The notes under the pieces: model-generated
Told to the model about the DNA's origin: nothing
The model's database searches: none
Seen by the model: only the letters and a program-made list of their open reading frames with translations
Assembly (NCBI GenBank): GCA_012295275.1
Contig: CM022665.1
Span: forward strand, 4,154,001-4,218,000
Source of the DNA: Chrysomallon squamiferum
Lineage: Eukaryota > Animalia > Mollusca
Direction of reading: 5' to 3'
Length of the DNA: 64,000 nt
Position numbers and translations under genes: made by a program
In this document: piece by piece, positions 29,215 to 52,498 of the stretch
How positions within the stretch are numbered: position 1 is the first letter of the stretch
How the letters are laid out: the number at the start of each line of letters is the position of its first letter

Positions 29215-31567
29215 ATTTTAAAAGTTATATATTTCATCTCTTTATTTATTTATTTATTTATTATTATTTTTATTATTATTATTTTTTTTTTTAAGAAACC
29301 CTTATGCTGCACTTAGGCCGTAAGATAATTTTTTGTACAATTATATAATCACAGAAAATGTTACAGGGTATTTACTGGTTAGAACTTTGTGAGAAATTAT
29401 TCAAATTGTATATTTATAAACACTTTCCTTTGTTCTGAGATGGGCTCGATACCTGTTTTTATTATAATTTTGAATAAATTCAACAGTTTTACCAGGGTCA
29501 GAACTCTCTTTGTATTGTTCAAATTATTGTCGCAAAGGTTATAATTGCAAGGGTGTGTGGGAGAAAATTATTTACAGCATGCTTTTTCCATCATTCAGTT
29601 GTCCATGCACGCCTGCTATGGTCACCACCAACCCTGACTTTGCCGAATTCAATCCAAAACATGACTGTAAGATTCTGTAGTATTTCATATAATCACTAAT
29701 ATCAAGTTAATTAAAAAGATTAAATTACATTGTTATTCATTATTTCCAACTATTAGCGATTCTTTATGAAATATCGAATCACCCCCCCCAAAAAAAAACC
29801 CACAAAAAAACCAACAAGAATATAAATAAAGAAAAAAACAACAGAAAGGTGGAAATAACATCTAATTCAGTAAGGTTTTAAATAGTACACTGCTTGTTGA
29901 AAGAGATTAACTTAAAATTAATACAACTTTAACGAAAATGCTATGCTAATTACAGCGATAAATAAAGCTTATTAAAACCAGCAGAGACTTTCACAGTCAT
30001 TTTGAAGCCGGAATTGAAATGATATATTTAAAAAAAAAAAAAAAAATATATATTTATTTATAGCAAGAAATAATTAGAATGTAAATTGGTTTATGTACAA
30101 ACATGTAGTTTTGGTATAAATTATCTTTATCTTTTTTTTTTTTTTTTTTTTTTTTTAATCTGGGATCAGATGCCTAACCAGAGCAACTAATTTCCATTTA
30201 AAAAGAAGATAACGAAAAGACAAATCTATAACCTTTGTTTCTAGCCAGTATCAGAGCTTTAAGAAAGTTTTGAGTGGGGAAATTTTAAATATTCGTGTCA
30301 AAGCAAGCTCTTTTCACTGTCCGAAGAAACTTATAATTAAAGGCGAACCCAGATATTAACTTTCAAGGTTAAATTATTAATTTTATTGCAAAGAAGAACC
30401 AAACAAACAATAGAAAAAATACTGGGATTTCAAATTAGCAACACAATATTTGATTGTATCATTATTAATAAAGTATTACCTAAATCATTTGATGTATTTC
30501 GAAACAGTTTACATCTAATCATTTGAAATAATAAAAAAAAAAAAAAAAAAAAAAAAAAATAATGCTTTGGAAGTGTCTAACAAAACAGAACAAATGTTTG
30601 GAATTAGTGTATACGACAAACATGAACAAATATAATAAAAATAATAATTACCTGTGTTACATTGTAAAAACCAGTGAAAGTTAAAAGTTCTAATAGACGA
30701 ATAGCTCAATTTTTATCTTACACATATTTATTACCACTGACAAAAAATCAAAAGAACAGCATCAACAGTAATAAGAAATAAATAAATAATTGTAATATGT
30801 ACTGCTTTTGTAGTGTGTAAAACCTTGCTAAAAGCATGATAATTCTAGGAAATCAGTTACGACTGAAAAACAGGCAAAACGCGCAATACTCTTAATAGCA
30901 CATGGAAAAAAAGTTAATGATTGTGGTCATGCAAATCTCGTTTTTTCACATCAAATTATCTCCCGTTTTGCCGTGTTTAAAGTAACAACCTAAAATAATT
31001 ACTTCCTTTACGAGACAGATTTCGTTTGCGACCGAATCGTTCGTAAGAATCAATTAATTATATGCTGCTGCGTTATAATGAATGACCTAGTGACGTTTTT
31101 TTTTTTAATTTTCAGACAATTTATTTTTGCTACAAGCATCTTACAGGTCAAGATAACGGCGACATTTTTGCAGCATTCATATTTACAAGATCGATCCGTC
31201 AAGGGAGGTGATCCATAAAATAAACCGCCTGTTGCAACTTGTGCCCGATATCTGCAACCAACAGAAGTGAACATAAGACTTCGAAGAAAAGCACAAATTG
31301 TTTCGTTAACATGATTTTATTTATATATTATTATTAGTAGTAGTAGTATTTTATAAATGTCTTTTTTTCATATTAAAATAAATATTTTGATACTGTTTCA
31401 AAAGGAAACAAAATAATAAACAAACACATCTATACAATGCATATTTCAAGGATTATTTGATATTTCTGTGTCGGCAGAATTAAAACAATTATTGCATAAT
31501 GATGTTAAAAGAATGATCAATTACTGTTGTTACCTTTGATTATTAATATTAATTTTATTTATTTATT

Positions 31568-31618
<51 letters not shown>

Positions 31619-32039
31619 TTGTTATTATTATTTGTTATTATTTATTGATTATTTTATAAATTCTAAATTTTTAAAAGTATTTCTTCAAAAACAAGTTAAA
31701 TTGCACTGCGTATGTGTTTAACATGGGATATTTACATTTCGAAAAAAAGAAAAAAAAGGTTTACATTAAGCCAGTCTGTTTGCAGGGTTTTTATGTGTTG
31801 TGTCTACTGAGTTTTTGTAGGTTGTAAACCTGACTTGTTAACTTCAGCTACTGAATTTGTGGACGAAAGACAAAGGGGAGAAGAAATACAGAAAAATAAA
31901 TGCGTGTTAACCTCCTCAAGCTTAATAAAAATAATATAAACAACAATAATAATAAATAAATAAATAAATAAACAAAAAAACAACAGCAAAATATAATAAA
32001 ATATAATTAACATTTATTTTCTGTTTGGTTTAACTAAAT

Positions 32040-32115
<76 letters not shown>

Positions 32116-32348
32116 GTCTGTCTGTCTTACGTTAAAATAATATTTATAATTTGCTCATTCTCATTTTTTTTTTTTTTTTTTTTTTTTTATTCCAAAATGA
32201 AATCTCCAACATTATCAACTGGTTTCTAAGATGAAGAAAAAAAAAAAAAAAAAAAAAAAATCAAGTGTTCTATGGGATTTTGTTTTAATTCATCTTGCGG
32301 CTGATTACTCTGCTGTAAAAACAATTACACGTCTTGGGTCTCGGATAG

Positions 32349-32512
32349 TTACGAAGAATTACGTAAACTGTCGTAAACTGACGTAATTGGGCTCGCGTCG
32401 GAAGGCGGAAAGCGGACATAGCACGACGTAGATTGTTGGGTAATTTTAAATTAACTGCCACAGCGAGGATTAGCCTGCGTATAAAGTGATAACGGTCTTC
32501 AAGTCGCAGTCG
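32349..32512 (+). promoter_or_regulatory. Candidate TATA promoter or enhancer with phased bZIP sites
   Basis: TTACGAAG, TTACGTAA, TGTCGTAA and TGACGTAA at 10-bp spacing; CGGAA twice; TATAAAG at 32480; Inr-like GCAGTC at 32506-32511. Confidence 0.5.
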
Positions 32513-33661
32513 TGACGCGCGAGTTACGGTTAAGACTAAATGAGGTTGTTTATTAAGTTTCCACGGCAATAAAACTAAAGAAAATTACCTTCAAAAATGT
32601 CAGGTTATAACATGGTTGTGATGGATACAAATCTAAGCGTTGTTCTCTTTGTCATGACATGAGTGATTAGAGCTTCTTTCTTAATTAATTGTAGATATTT
32701 ATAGATACGTGAGTTATGTTTTTTTTTCATGACAGTGCTGTTATCAGCAAGCTGAGACACAGAAAAGGGCCATAGAAGGATGAAGTTATCCTATCCAAAG
32801 TAATTTTTCTGATGTATGTATGTATGTATGTATTTGAATATGTGCTTGTTCGTGCGTGCGTGAGTGTGTGTGTGTGGGGGAATATATCTATATAAACACA
32901 AGATAGTGATGGTATCACTGGATTGCGACATACACGAGCTCTGTAATGAATATGAACGTGTGACACAAACTTGTAAAAGACTAAACCCTTATTCTTAAAT
33001 TACAGCTTTCTCCTAAGCACCAGATTCATCTTGAATTCACCTCGACTAACCCATCCCGAGTCAGTTTTATCTGGGCTTTCTTGTCTGTTTTTTTGTTCAA
33101 AGAAGACAGGCAGTGTTTGGAAATGTAATGATTCGACTGCGAATAATACCATCAAACTGATTCTGTGTAACAGGAACAAACAAACTGTAGATACATATAC
33201 TGTCTACTTTTCGAAGCTTTAATTGGCAATTAAAGCATGCTTCATGACCGTGGTTTAATTCTGTATTCAAAACTGGGGTATGTCCAAGTAAATATCTAAG
33301 TATTTGCCGCGAGTTGATTGTACAAATAGTGCTCGCATGTCAATATTGAAATAGAGAGCTAACCGTATTGCCAAACGTTTAATAATTTGGTTATATAGTT
33401 AAACATCCTGCTTATAGGGTTTTAAGAGGAGGATGTTTGGGCAAAACAAGTGTGTATAGTGACAAGGAATGATTAAGAAGTGAATGGAGTATAATCACTG
33501 ACAATACACTTTATAAACAATAAAAAAAAAAAGATGGAATTGTATTACTTCTATGCCTTTTGTTTGATTATGAAGTATTCAGCTATAGTCAATAGTGTTT
33601 ACATTTGTATATAGCTATATGTCAATAGTGTTTATGTATTTGTATATACGAATGGGTATTT

Positions 33662-33701
<40 letters not shown>

Positions 33702-34626
33702 ATGTATATATGTATGTATCTATGTATGTATGTATCTATGTATGTATGTATGTATGTATGTATGTATGTTCGTGTATGTATGTTTGTGTACGTATGTTGG
33801 TATGCTTACTCCTGATCCATGTTCTATTAAAAACTTAAATGTATTCGTTTCCGCTTGTCTTGCAAAACACAGATGGATTCTGAAGTCTAGTGTCTGTTGA
33901 TTGAAAACAAAAACCAGAAACAGCAAAATGTTTATGTCTGGCTGAAATTTAAAAAAAAAAAAAAAAAACTAGAAGAAGAAATACACACAAAAAACATCAA
34001 ACATGAAAACAAAACAAAACTCTGCGAGCGAAAACGAACGAACTCTTAAACAAAAAATCTATAACTGAAAACAGCACAATCACCACTGGAGAACAAATAA
34101 CCTTCCCGAACACTCATTTCGCCATGGTTTTAAGTTTAGTTGATAAAAATAAATTTGTTTAGCAATGGCATTAATTTGCCGTCGACGGAAACCAAACATA
34201 GTCATACCCAAGACACACATTGACAAAGGTTGAGCGATTTCCACTCCACATATTACACAAGACGACGTTTTCACCGCGGGACAGACCGAACGAGGCAGGT
34301 AAATATGTGCTGTACAGCACGATAAGTTTACCTTTCACTTATTCCTTTGCCTTGCTAATTGAATAATGTTCATAGTTTGACGTAAAAACGGACGGGTTAC
34401 CTGATGATGTTACGTGAAAAGTTAAAATGGCAGTCGTTGTTGATGTTAGAGAACGAATTTCGGTAAACATCCTGCATATATCATTCAGCCCGAATGTGTG
34501 TGTGTTGTGTGTTGTGTGAGTGCGCGCGCGCGCGTATGTGTTTGTTTATGGAGTGGTAAGTCAAAGTTACTGAAAAAGAAACAATTAATAGTTTGTAGAT
34601 TGTCTTTTTTTATCCATTTGTCCATT

Positions 34627-34705
<79 letters not shown>

Positions 34706-34994
34706 AGTCTACACGTTACTCCACTTTATTTTCTGTTAATTTATGTTTTTCCTTTATTACTTCGTGTTCCTGATTGTTTTGTTTTTTTGCTTTTCCTGTT
34801 CCTACCACCGCTCCACACAATAAAAATTTCATTAAAGCGCATTGATAATTTCATTAACGCACCGAAGCTTGAATTGTACATAATAACTAACAAATAATCC
34901 TTTACCAGCGTCCACGAAAATGTGTTTTAACCACACACACACACATACACACAAACAAAAGGTTATACGATAACGTTCTGTACAGTTCACCATT

Positions 34995-35125
34995 GATACA
35001 CGATTCAAAATAAAAGTATGGCGTCTTCTTGGCGAGATCGTGTTTCAGAATAAAGAAAATTTATTACTCAATATGGGAATGTGTGCATTCCTGTTGATAT
35101 GTTTAGCCATGTTAATTAATGTCAT
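34995..35125 (+). repeat. Diverged direct repeat; second copy at about 37835-37960
   Basis: GCGAGATCG(T/C)GTTTCAGAATAAAGAA..TTTATTA...TGTTT.G.CATGT.A.TTAATGTCA in both. Confidence 0.8.
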
Positions 35126-35449
35126 CTAAAAAGGTCTCGGAAATCTGAAGTTGTATTCACGGCTCTAAGTGGCAAAACCTTTTAAACAGCCGCCAAACAA
35201 TATTCTCCTGAGGTAAAACATTAATGTAAATACGGCATCGTTGGCTACGGTTATCTCGCGTTTACATCAAACGCAAGTGGGACGTAGTTAAGATTTTTTT
35301 CTTTCGATCTCTCACATTGGGACGGATAACACAGGTACATAAAATAAATTTGGGGTACGCCTTTTCTGCGTCTGTTCGTATTGGTGATATGTTTATTTTA
35401 AGTGGAGAGTCTTTAATCGCAAATTGTTAAATTTATTTATTTATTTATT

Positions 35450-35485
<36 letters not shown>

Positions 35486-35740
35486 TTAATTATATGGTTA
35501 ATTCTTATTTGTTATGGTGTTGTTTTTCACATAACTTAGTCTATACTTCTTATTTCGTTGTTTATTAGTTCTTTATTTTTATGCATCTTAATAGTATTTA
35601 TTATTTAAATAAAATTATTATGATCTTTTCTTGTTGAGATAATACCATATTGTCTCATACGCTCTCAAACACCAGCAAACATACACATGCACACACAGTC
35701 AAATAAGTTATCGCGCTGATTTCCTTCGTTAGAGCCTATG

Positions 35741-35813
<73 letters not shown>

Positions 35814-37181
35814 CATTCACCATACACACACCACACCGAAGCACCCAAACACACTCTCTCACACAAACTACACGTTCCAGTTACTCCCCAATGTTTCTCC
35901 TTCACTATTTAAGCAGTTGTTTCTCAAGCCCAGAAACGCAATATCATAATTTCAAACTCGGTGCATCCATCCCGACTGATGGTAATCAGCGAGCAGCATG
36001 TATTTAAAAAAACAACAACAAAACATCACGGGTCAGTCAGGGCGGCCACCCAGCGAGTTTTAACACTGGAATCTTTCATCTACGAAGTCAATACGAAAAC
36101 AACACCAACAAACAAAATGCACGAATTAATGATGCAAAGTGTAACGCGAACTAACTACCTATTGTAGCTTGTATTCAGTTTTCGTTTATCTCTGACTGCA
36201 GTCAGTGCACGAAATCATCAAGAGGACGAGGGGTGCATCTTCGTGCATCATCTCATCATCATCTCAGCATCTACGTAACATGTTTCAGTGCAGGAAAAGA
36301 TGATAAATCACTGTGCAATTCGATACCACGGCCATAATTAAAATACTTCTTTTTCTGAAAAAGAATTATTTTAATTCTGTCACCGTTGGTTACTTGTTCT
36401 TATAGCTATATATATATATATTGTATTTTCTGTTTTGATTTATTCTGATGTGGCCAAATTTCTCTTTCACTGATTGTTTTCTGTGTCTATGACTTTTTCT
36501 CGTTATTTCTGTGATTATTTGAAAAAGTATGGGCGTGACCGTGCGTGCGTACGAGGGTGTGTGTGTAAAATGGTTTATTTTCTTAATATATATTTTTTTA
36601 AATTATTTTTTGTTTTACTAAAGTATATTCTGTAATTTTTGATGGCAGATGTTTTCTTTTTTCCTGTTCATTTCATGTATGATCCGAAATTACGTTTTTA
36701 TCTTACTGCTTAAAGGTTCTTAAACTAATCACTACTGCTTCCCTTTAATACCATTCGATATATATATATATAAAGTAATACAATTATGTATATATCGGAT
36801 GATTATAGATTCATGAAAATACATCTTGAAATCTGTTTTTGGAAATTTCGCAATTCTTCACTCCTCCGAAAACCTTAGAAACACCTTCTTATACCACCTA
36901 ACAAATATAGTGGAATTTTATTTGTAAATAAAAAATAATGTTTTATTTTTGAAACTGTGAATTACCAACGTTTTACATAAATATATACTTCGTAAAATAT
37001 CATGCCAGTTAGGATTTGTAGGACCACAAATGCGATCAGAATTTACCTTAATTTATTCCTTTAAGTAAAAAAAAAAAAAAATTTCCACGCTGCTAACAAC
37101 GTATTCAATTCTCAAGACTATCCGAAAACTCTTAGGAATTTTGCACGATGAAATCTCAGCGAAGATGAAATATTCTTCACT

Positions 37182-37430
37182 CACGTGGAAAAATAAAACA
37201 GGAATAGAAATTTAGCATCACACACTGACAGATAACAAACAAACACACGTCCCTAGACACTCTATAATGCACGTGTTCAGAATTACTGGCAAACCCATCA
37301 ATCACGTGCATGTTTTCTGGAATATCGTCTGACTACGAACAGCGCTAATACGATCCGTTTGTAGTACACTACTGTGTGTTCCAGTGTTAGTGACTCTTAC
37401 TGTTATGAGTTAAGTGTTAAAATGCACGTG
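37182..37430. promoter_or_regulatory. Cluster of four CACGTG E-boxes
   Basis: CACGTG at 37182, 37270, 37303 and 37425. Confidence 0.45.
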
Positions 37431-37505
37431 TGTGTGTGTGTCTGTCTGAATATGTGTGTGTGTCTGAATGTATGCGCCTATGCCTATCTGTGTGTGTGTG
37501 CGCGT

Positions 37506-37612
37506 GTTTGTGTGTGTATTTTTGTATTGATTGTTTGAAAGTATAAACGGTGTGTGAGAGCGAGAGTTTGTGTGTGTATTTTTGTATTGATTGTTTGAAA
37601 GTATAAACGGTG

Positions 37613-37614
<2 letters not shown>
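37506..37614 (+). repeat. 60-bp tandem duplication
   Basis: GTTTGTGTGTGTATTTTTGTATTGATTGTTTGAAAGTATAAACGGTGTG twice, period 60. Confidence 0.9.
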
Positions 37615-37703
<89 letters not shown>

Positions 37704-40142
37704 CTGGGGTAATATATGTGAATTTCTTACCCACATAAAACAGTAAGTAATATAATAGAGCACATTAAATCATGATTTAGCAATAAAACGAGTCGTGAAT
37801 ACAAATCTTGTTAAAACATAAAAGTTCGCCATAAACATACAATTCGAAATAGCAGCGTCTGCGTAGCGAGATCGCGTTTCAGAATAAAGAATTTATTATC
37901 CATTAATTAGAATATGTGTGTGGCTTCCACTGGATTGTTTGGTCATGTCAGTTAATGTCAGCGTTTTGTAATGTCATCAGAACACATTTTATTCTTAACG
38001 GTGATTAGGTGTCGGTAACACATTTCTTTTTCTTTATCTTTTTTCTTCATCGAACGCTCATACGCTTCTTACATACGTGTAAGATAATGACGATGCTAGG
38101 GATGCTGACGATGATGAAGGAATAAAAATACAAATGAACTTTAGACCTGTTTGTTTGTTTGTTTTTCATGCAAGCCAGTCGATGTCACACGATTCGCTCT
38201 GCACGAGGCCTCAGAATGCACGTTCTAACCGAGCAGTAATCGTACAGCACCACGGATGATGTTGAGAGATGTTTCAGACCATCTCGAGTAAATGAACCGT
38301 GTGGTCTGAAACGCTGGAGAACTGTCGCTGATAAAGACAACAAACGCCAACTGACGGATAATCAGTGTACGAGACAACTGATCTTCGCGAAAAACACGCG
38401 ACAGAAGCGTTAAGGAAAACGTGTTGCCGTTCCACTTTCTGCACGTTTCTTTAATTCGTCCGGCGGCTGTTACAGCGCGTTGAAAGTGAGAGAGATAAGT
38501 TTTGTGAAATACAGTCTCACTGGTGTCTCTCTCTTCTCTCTCCCTCTCTCTCTCTCTCTCCGTCTGTAGGAGAGTTAGTGTTGTAAAACAGAGCCGTGCT
38601 GGTCTGACTAGGTTTATAGGGAAAGTAGATTTTGTAAAATAACGCAAAAGTGATCTCACTAGTTTTTTTTAGTGGAGTTGGTTATCAGATGTGGGTATTT
38701 CAAATTATTTCGTACATAACTAAATCTACGTACTGTGCTATTTTAAGTCCCAGATCACAAACTGGGTGTGAATTATGAAAATATCCTGGTACGAAATTCT
38801 AGGTAAAACTACATGTAGGAGACAAAAGGCCATTAAACAGCTAGTCTTCTTAAATAATATATATAAACAGGTTGTTCATACTCCCTGAGCTATTTTCTGA
38901 TTCAAACAATGCTCCACGATTAATTCTTCAAAGCCAGTGGTACAAAGTACATGTTAAATATTTTAAAAGAGCACAAGAGACCTTTGGACTGCGTCAGTGG
39001 GTCAGTGTACATAAGTTTCCACAAGAAACCTGTAATTTCATATTAATAAATACATAAACATTTCAAAAATATATTTAATTCTTGAAAAGTAGAATTTAGA
39101 CAATTAAAAGAATTAAAGTTTTCTATATGAATATAGAAATTATACCTACAAATTGTTTGTTTTTTTCCAGTGAATAATCTAGTGACATGTATTTCTGAAA
39201 TATTTCAACAGATGCAAAACTTTTGCTTATATTATTAGATGATAATGGCGAAACCATCCTTTCTTTAATGAAATAATACTGTGTTTAAATAATATTAATA
39301 ATAAATAAAATAAAACCAATATTAACCATTAAAATATTTCAAATGATCACATAGTGAACAACGCGGAAAGATATAACTTTGAAGATGAAACGGATTTCTT
39401 CAAAAAGAAGAAAAAAAAAATTTTAAATAAAAAAAAAGCAGTATATTTCTACACAGAACACCCCCTATAATTTAATGGTTCATGTACCATATAATAACGC
39501 CATGTAAATGTAGATTAAATCGATGTAGGCTGCAACGTTAAATAAACTATTTCTTAACATGTTTGCCCTGCAAAAACATCTTCAAGAAAATTACTTTTCC
39601 CCTATAATCGGATTTCTACTGCAAAAATCTCCAATACAGAGATTTATTCTGAAAATGCCCATCAATTTTGGAATCCGAGAAATCTCTATAGTCAAATAAT
39701 GGACAAATCATGACAGCTTGTAATAGGTCTGCCATAATGAAATATTAAACTCATTTTTTTTTCTCTCTTATAATTTATAACCTCGATCGCAAATTTAATT
39801 TTCGTTCTAAGTGAGATGTATTGAGAATAATAATTGTTTTCAACGATAAGCACAATTCTCGAATTTTTGTAATATTTCAGCTCGACGGACTGTAAATTGC
39901 TTGTTATCAAAAAGCAAGACCAAGGAATACTAATAATCAAAAGTTGCTATGGAAATAAGATGAAATTCTATATCGGAAATACCAAATATAATAGCACTAC
40001 AGTCTTGACATCAGACAATTCATGGACTTAAAATTAAAATAGAAAAATATCAAAACAAATGTTACTACGCTACTACAAACTATGAAAATAGAAAATAAAC
40101 TACGCTAGAGTTAGAGAGGAAAACAAAAAATAATACGCCTAA

Positions 40143-40262
40143 ATGTAAGCAGAAACCAACCATAAGATTACAATAAAAACAGAAATTGTAAAATGATGCG
40201 TTGAATAGGGAAATAAAAATAAAATATTTTCTTTTATTTATTGACGTTAATTATTAACATGT
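40143..40262 (+). repeat. Direct duplicate of the NAAA 3'-end region (41151-41273)
   Basis: GTAAGCAG..AAGATTACA.TAAAAACAGAAATTGTAAAAT.ATGCGTTGAATAGG...CTTTTATTTATTGACG.TAATTA shared. Confidence 0.85.
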
Positions 40263-41358
40263 TAAAATAATGATAAAAACAACGAGAAAAAACCAAAAAC
40301 AAAAATGATATAAAAAAAAAAAATAAAAAGGAGTCCAAGATAAAAGAATAGTAACAGTAACAATTTATATATAACAGTATCCAACACTTTGGTATCTGTA
40401 CCATTGTTTGATCATTCATTGAAACTGGTAATAAGATTATTTAACAAAGAAATGAAGAAATCCTGTGAATGAATAAATAAATAAACGATCTTGCCACATC
40501 ACACAGAAGTATAATTAATTATCCAATCAGAAAACAGAAATAATCGGTGCGTCGTAGGCTTTAACGATCAATCTTCCAAGGGAAATAACCTACATTTTTT
40601 CTGACTATTCAGAGTTATCTGTTCTTTTAAAAATGAATTGCTGTGTCTAATGGATTCACGCGCTGAACAAAGTATCTATAATCGATGCTCAAGGAGGTTC
40701 CAGATTCTCTGCTTATTGAAGAACTTAATTTAATCTTCACATAGATAAAAATACACAACAACCTAATAAATAAATAAATAAATAGAAAAGAAAACTGCAC
40801 AACTAGACACTTATCCATACTCAAAAACCTATAATAAATAAACAACTTTAAAATCGATTTAATTTTTTTATTTCATTATACCTGAGTTAGATTAACAATT
40901 ATCAATGCTGTAGTAAAAGTCAGACTGAAACTTTGAAACTGAAAACGCCATTTTTGCTTTCATTATTCAACTGAAATATTCAGTAATACTATGAAAGCGA
41001 TTAAATCACACATCCTTTCAAAAAACGTCATTATCGGATAACTGTTGGCATCGGAAATAACAAATAAAATTTATGGAGTTAAAATGCAGATTAGGAAAAT
41101 ACTTGACGCCATGCAATCAAATGTTTCCTTAGAAAAAAAAAAATGTCTGAAAGTAAGCAGCAACAATAAACTTAAAGATTACAGTAAAAAACAGAAATTG
41201 TAAAATTATGCGTTGAATAGGCAAATGCAAAATAAATCATTTCCTTTTATTTATTGACGCTAATTACTAGCATCAATAAATTAATAATAAATTAATAAGA
41301 AAAACAAGTTAAAAAAAAAGATTATAAAAAAATAAATAAAAAAACAACATTGGTGTGA

Positions 41359-50355
<8,997 letters not shown>

Positions 50356-51289
50356 CGTTAGTTTCCTCCTCTGTAACACCTTTTTGAAAACAAACACCTA
50401 GACACAATACTTATAAACAACTGGTGATAACGAAACCAGGACCGAGTTCTTTTATCTAACAAAGGAGAAACTGTATTAGGACTAAGGCGCAGAACTGGTA
50501 TTAAATCTGCGATTATTTCGCTTCAAGGATCGCTACAAATCCTCATATAAACTGCTGTTAAGTGTTGATAACAGTTGCTGATAAATAATGATCATTTGGA
50601 AGTAGAAATCCGCTGCCATTGGCTGTGTATAATTACTGGTTTTGTTTTAATAGCAGGGAGTGATCATTCATTTGCACCTTTCCTTAGATATAAAAGCACA
50701 TACCACGTCCTTTTCAGTTACAGGACTGATCATACGACTAACGACTTTTCAGTTTTGTGCACTGACCACTCATTTACATACAAATCATCCCCGATCTTAA
50801 ATCAGTGACCCAAATAAACTTTACAGTCCGTCTTTGGTTGTACGGAAGGCGAATATTTTGTACACTTCAGGTTTTTAGTTTCAGTCTTTTCCGATCAGCT
50901 TTTTCTGCTAATAATACAGTATGCTTATTAAAAAACAGGATGAAGTTTTCTTTCTTTCTTTCGTTCTTTCGTTTTTCTTCTTTCTTTCTTTCGTTTTTCT
51001 TCTTTTTTTCTTTCTTTCTTATTTTTTTTTTTTTTTGATGGCAAAAATTCTCACGACAGACCGAGTTAGACCATAATTATGTATAACGACCATAAGACAG
51101 CGCTGATTTTTCTTTCATATTTTTATATTTTATTATTATTATTATTATTTTATTTATTTATTATTTATTATTATTTTTCTTTTAAAGTTTTTTTTATTTT
51201 TATTTTTATTTTTTTTATAGTTGTAGACATATTAATGGATAATTTACAACTTCTCTTGTTCAAAACATTCTAATTATTATTTTTTTAAA

Positions 51290-51322
<33 letters not shown>

Positions 51323-52204
51323 TTCATTGTACTAAATGAACAAAACAGTCAGTATTTGATAACCAAAGTTAATGTATCCTTAGTATACTTTAAAGAAATA
51401 AACTATAACAATTATTGTCGTAAACTGTCATGTTATCTGTCGTGCAGTACAAAAGAATAGATAAAGTATTATCATAAAGTAAGTGCTGTTGGCAGTAATG
51501 AAGCAAAGGTTATTATTAAATCTGCATTTTTTTTTTTTTTTTTTTTTTTTTCGATTTAGAGATAATATATTTACGCGTTTAAATTATTTTAAAACACGAT
51601 TAATTATTATTATGAAGTTTATCGGATGAGATGACTTCAAACCTTTAATTAGAGCTGAACTGAACTTGTGAAGGCGATCACATGATATTCGAGAGGGAGA
51701 ATATTCGTTCAGGAAACAGAGCAGAAATGTGAATGTCGGCCATTATGATAAAATCTGGAGTTTCTATGACAAAAATGAGTCAAAACACAATCTAAAGCAT
51801 TCAAGATGACATGAACTGTCACACTATTTTATCTACTCGAATGATAATGTAAATTAATAATATATTCAATAAAAGTTAAATTCAAAATACATTTGATTAT
51901 TATTACTATTACAGCTGTTGTTATTGTTGTTGTTATTATTTATTTATTTATTTATTGTTTTATTACGTATCTAGAGAAGATTACTTGTTTTGTTTTTGTT
52001 TTTTAAATTTGTAACAGAAATAACAGAGTATTTTATCTTTATTAATATTTTGTTTCTTTGAAGTCTATTTCATTTCATATGGTTAAATCATTTTATTTCA
52101 TTTCCATTCATTTCATTTTAATTTTACTTTATTTTATTTTTATTTTAATTTTATTAGTATCATTCGTTTCTATTTTATTAAAAAAACAAACAAAAAAAAC
52201 AAAG

Positions 52205-52415
52205 AAAACAACTTGTTTTTAATTTTATTGTCTTTATTTCATTTTAAATGAGGGACGATTGCAATCATGATCCTATCTTTTTTCAGAATTTCTCTTTTAT
52301 TTTTGATTATTATTTGACGATGTCGTGATCATTCATCTCGTTTTCCTCCAACATATCTTTCAACATTTCCTCATCCACATTGACGTCACGATCAACCTGA
52401 AACATGAAACAAAAG

Positions 52416-52498
<83 letters not shown>

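Noticed and set aside
38243-38257. CAGCACCACGGA, like the left part of an RE1/NRSE site
   Set aside because: The right half does not match, and REST is not expected in a protostome.
38271-38312. Perfect 11-bp stem GTTTCAGACCA/TGGTCTGAAAC with a 20-nt loop
   Set aside because: Too short for a pre-miRNA, no SECIS or known RNA motif, and near chance expectation in 64 kb.
38225-38659. 144-aa minus-strand ORF
   Set aside because: Non-ATG start, crosses a (GA)n tract, no recognisable domain or splice structure.
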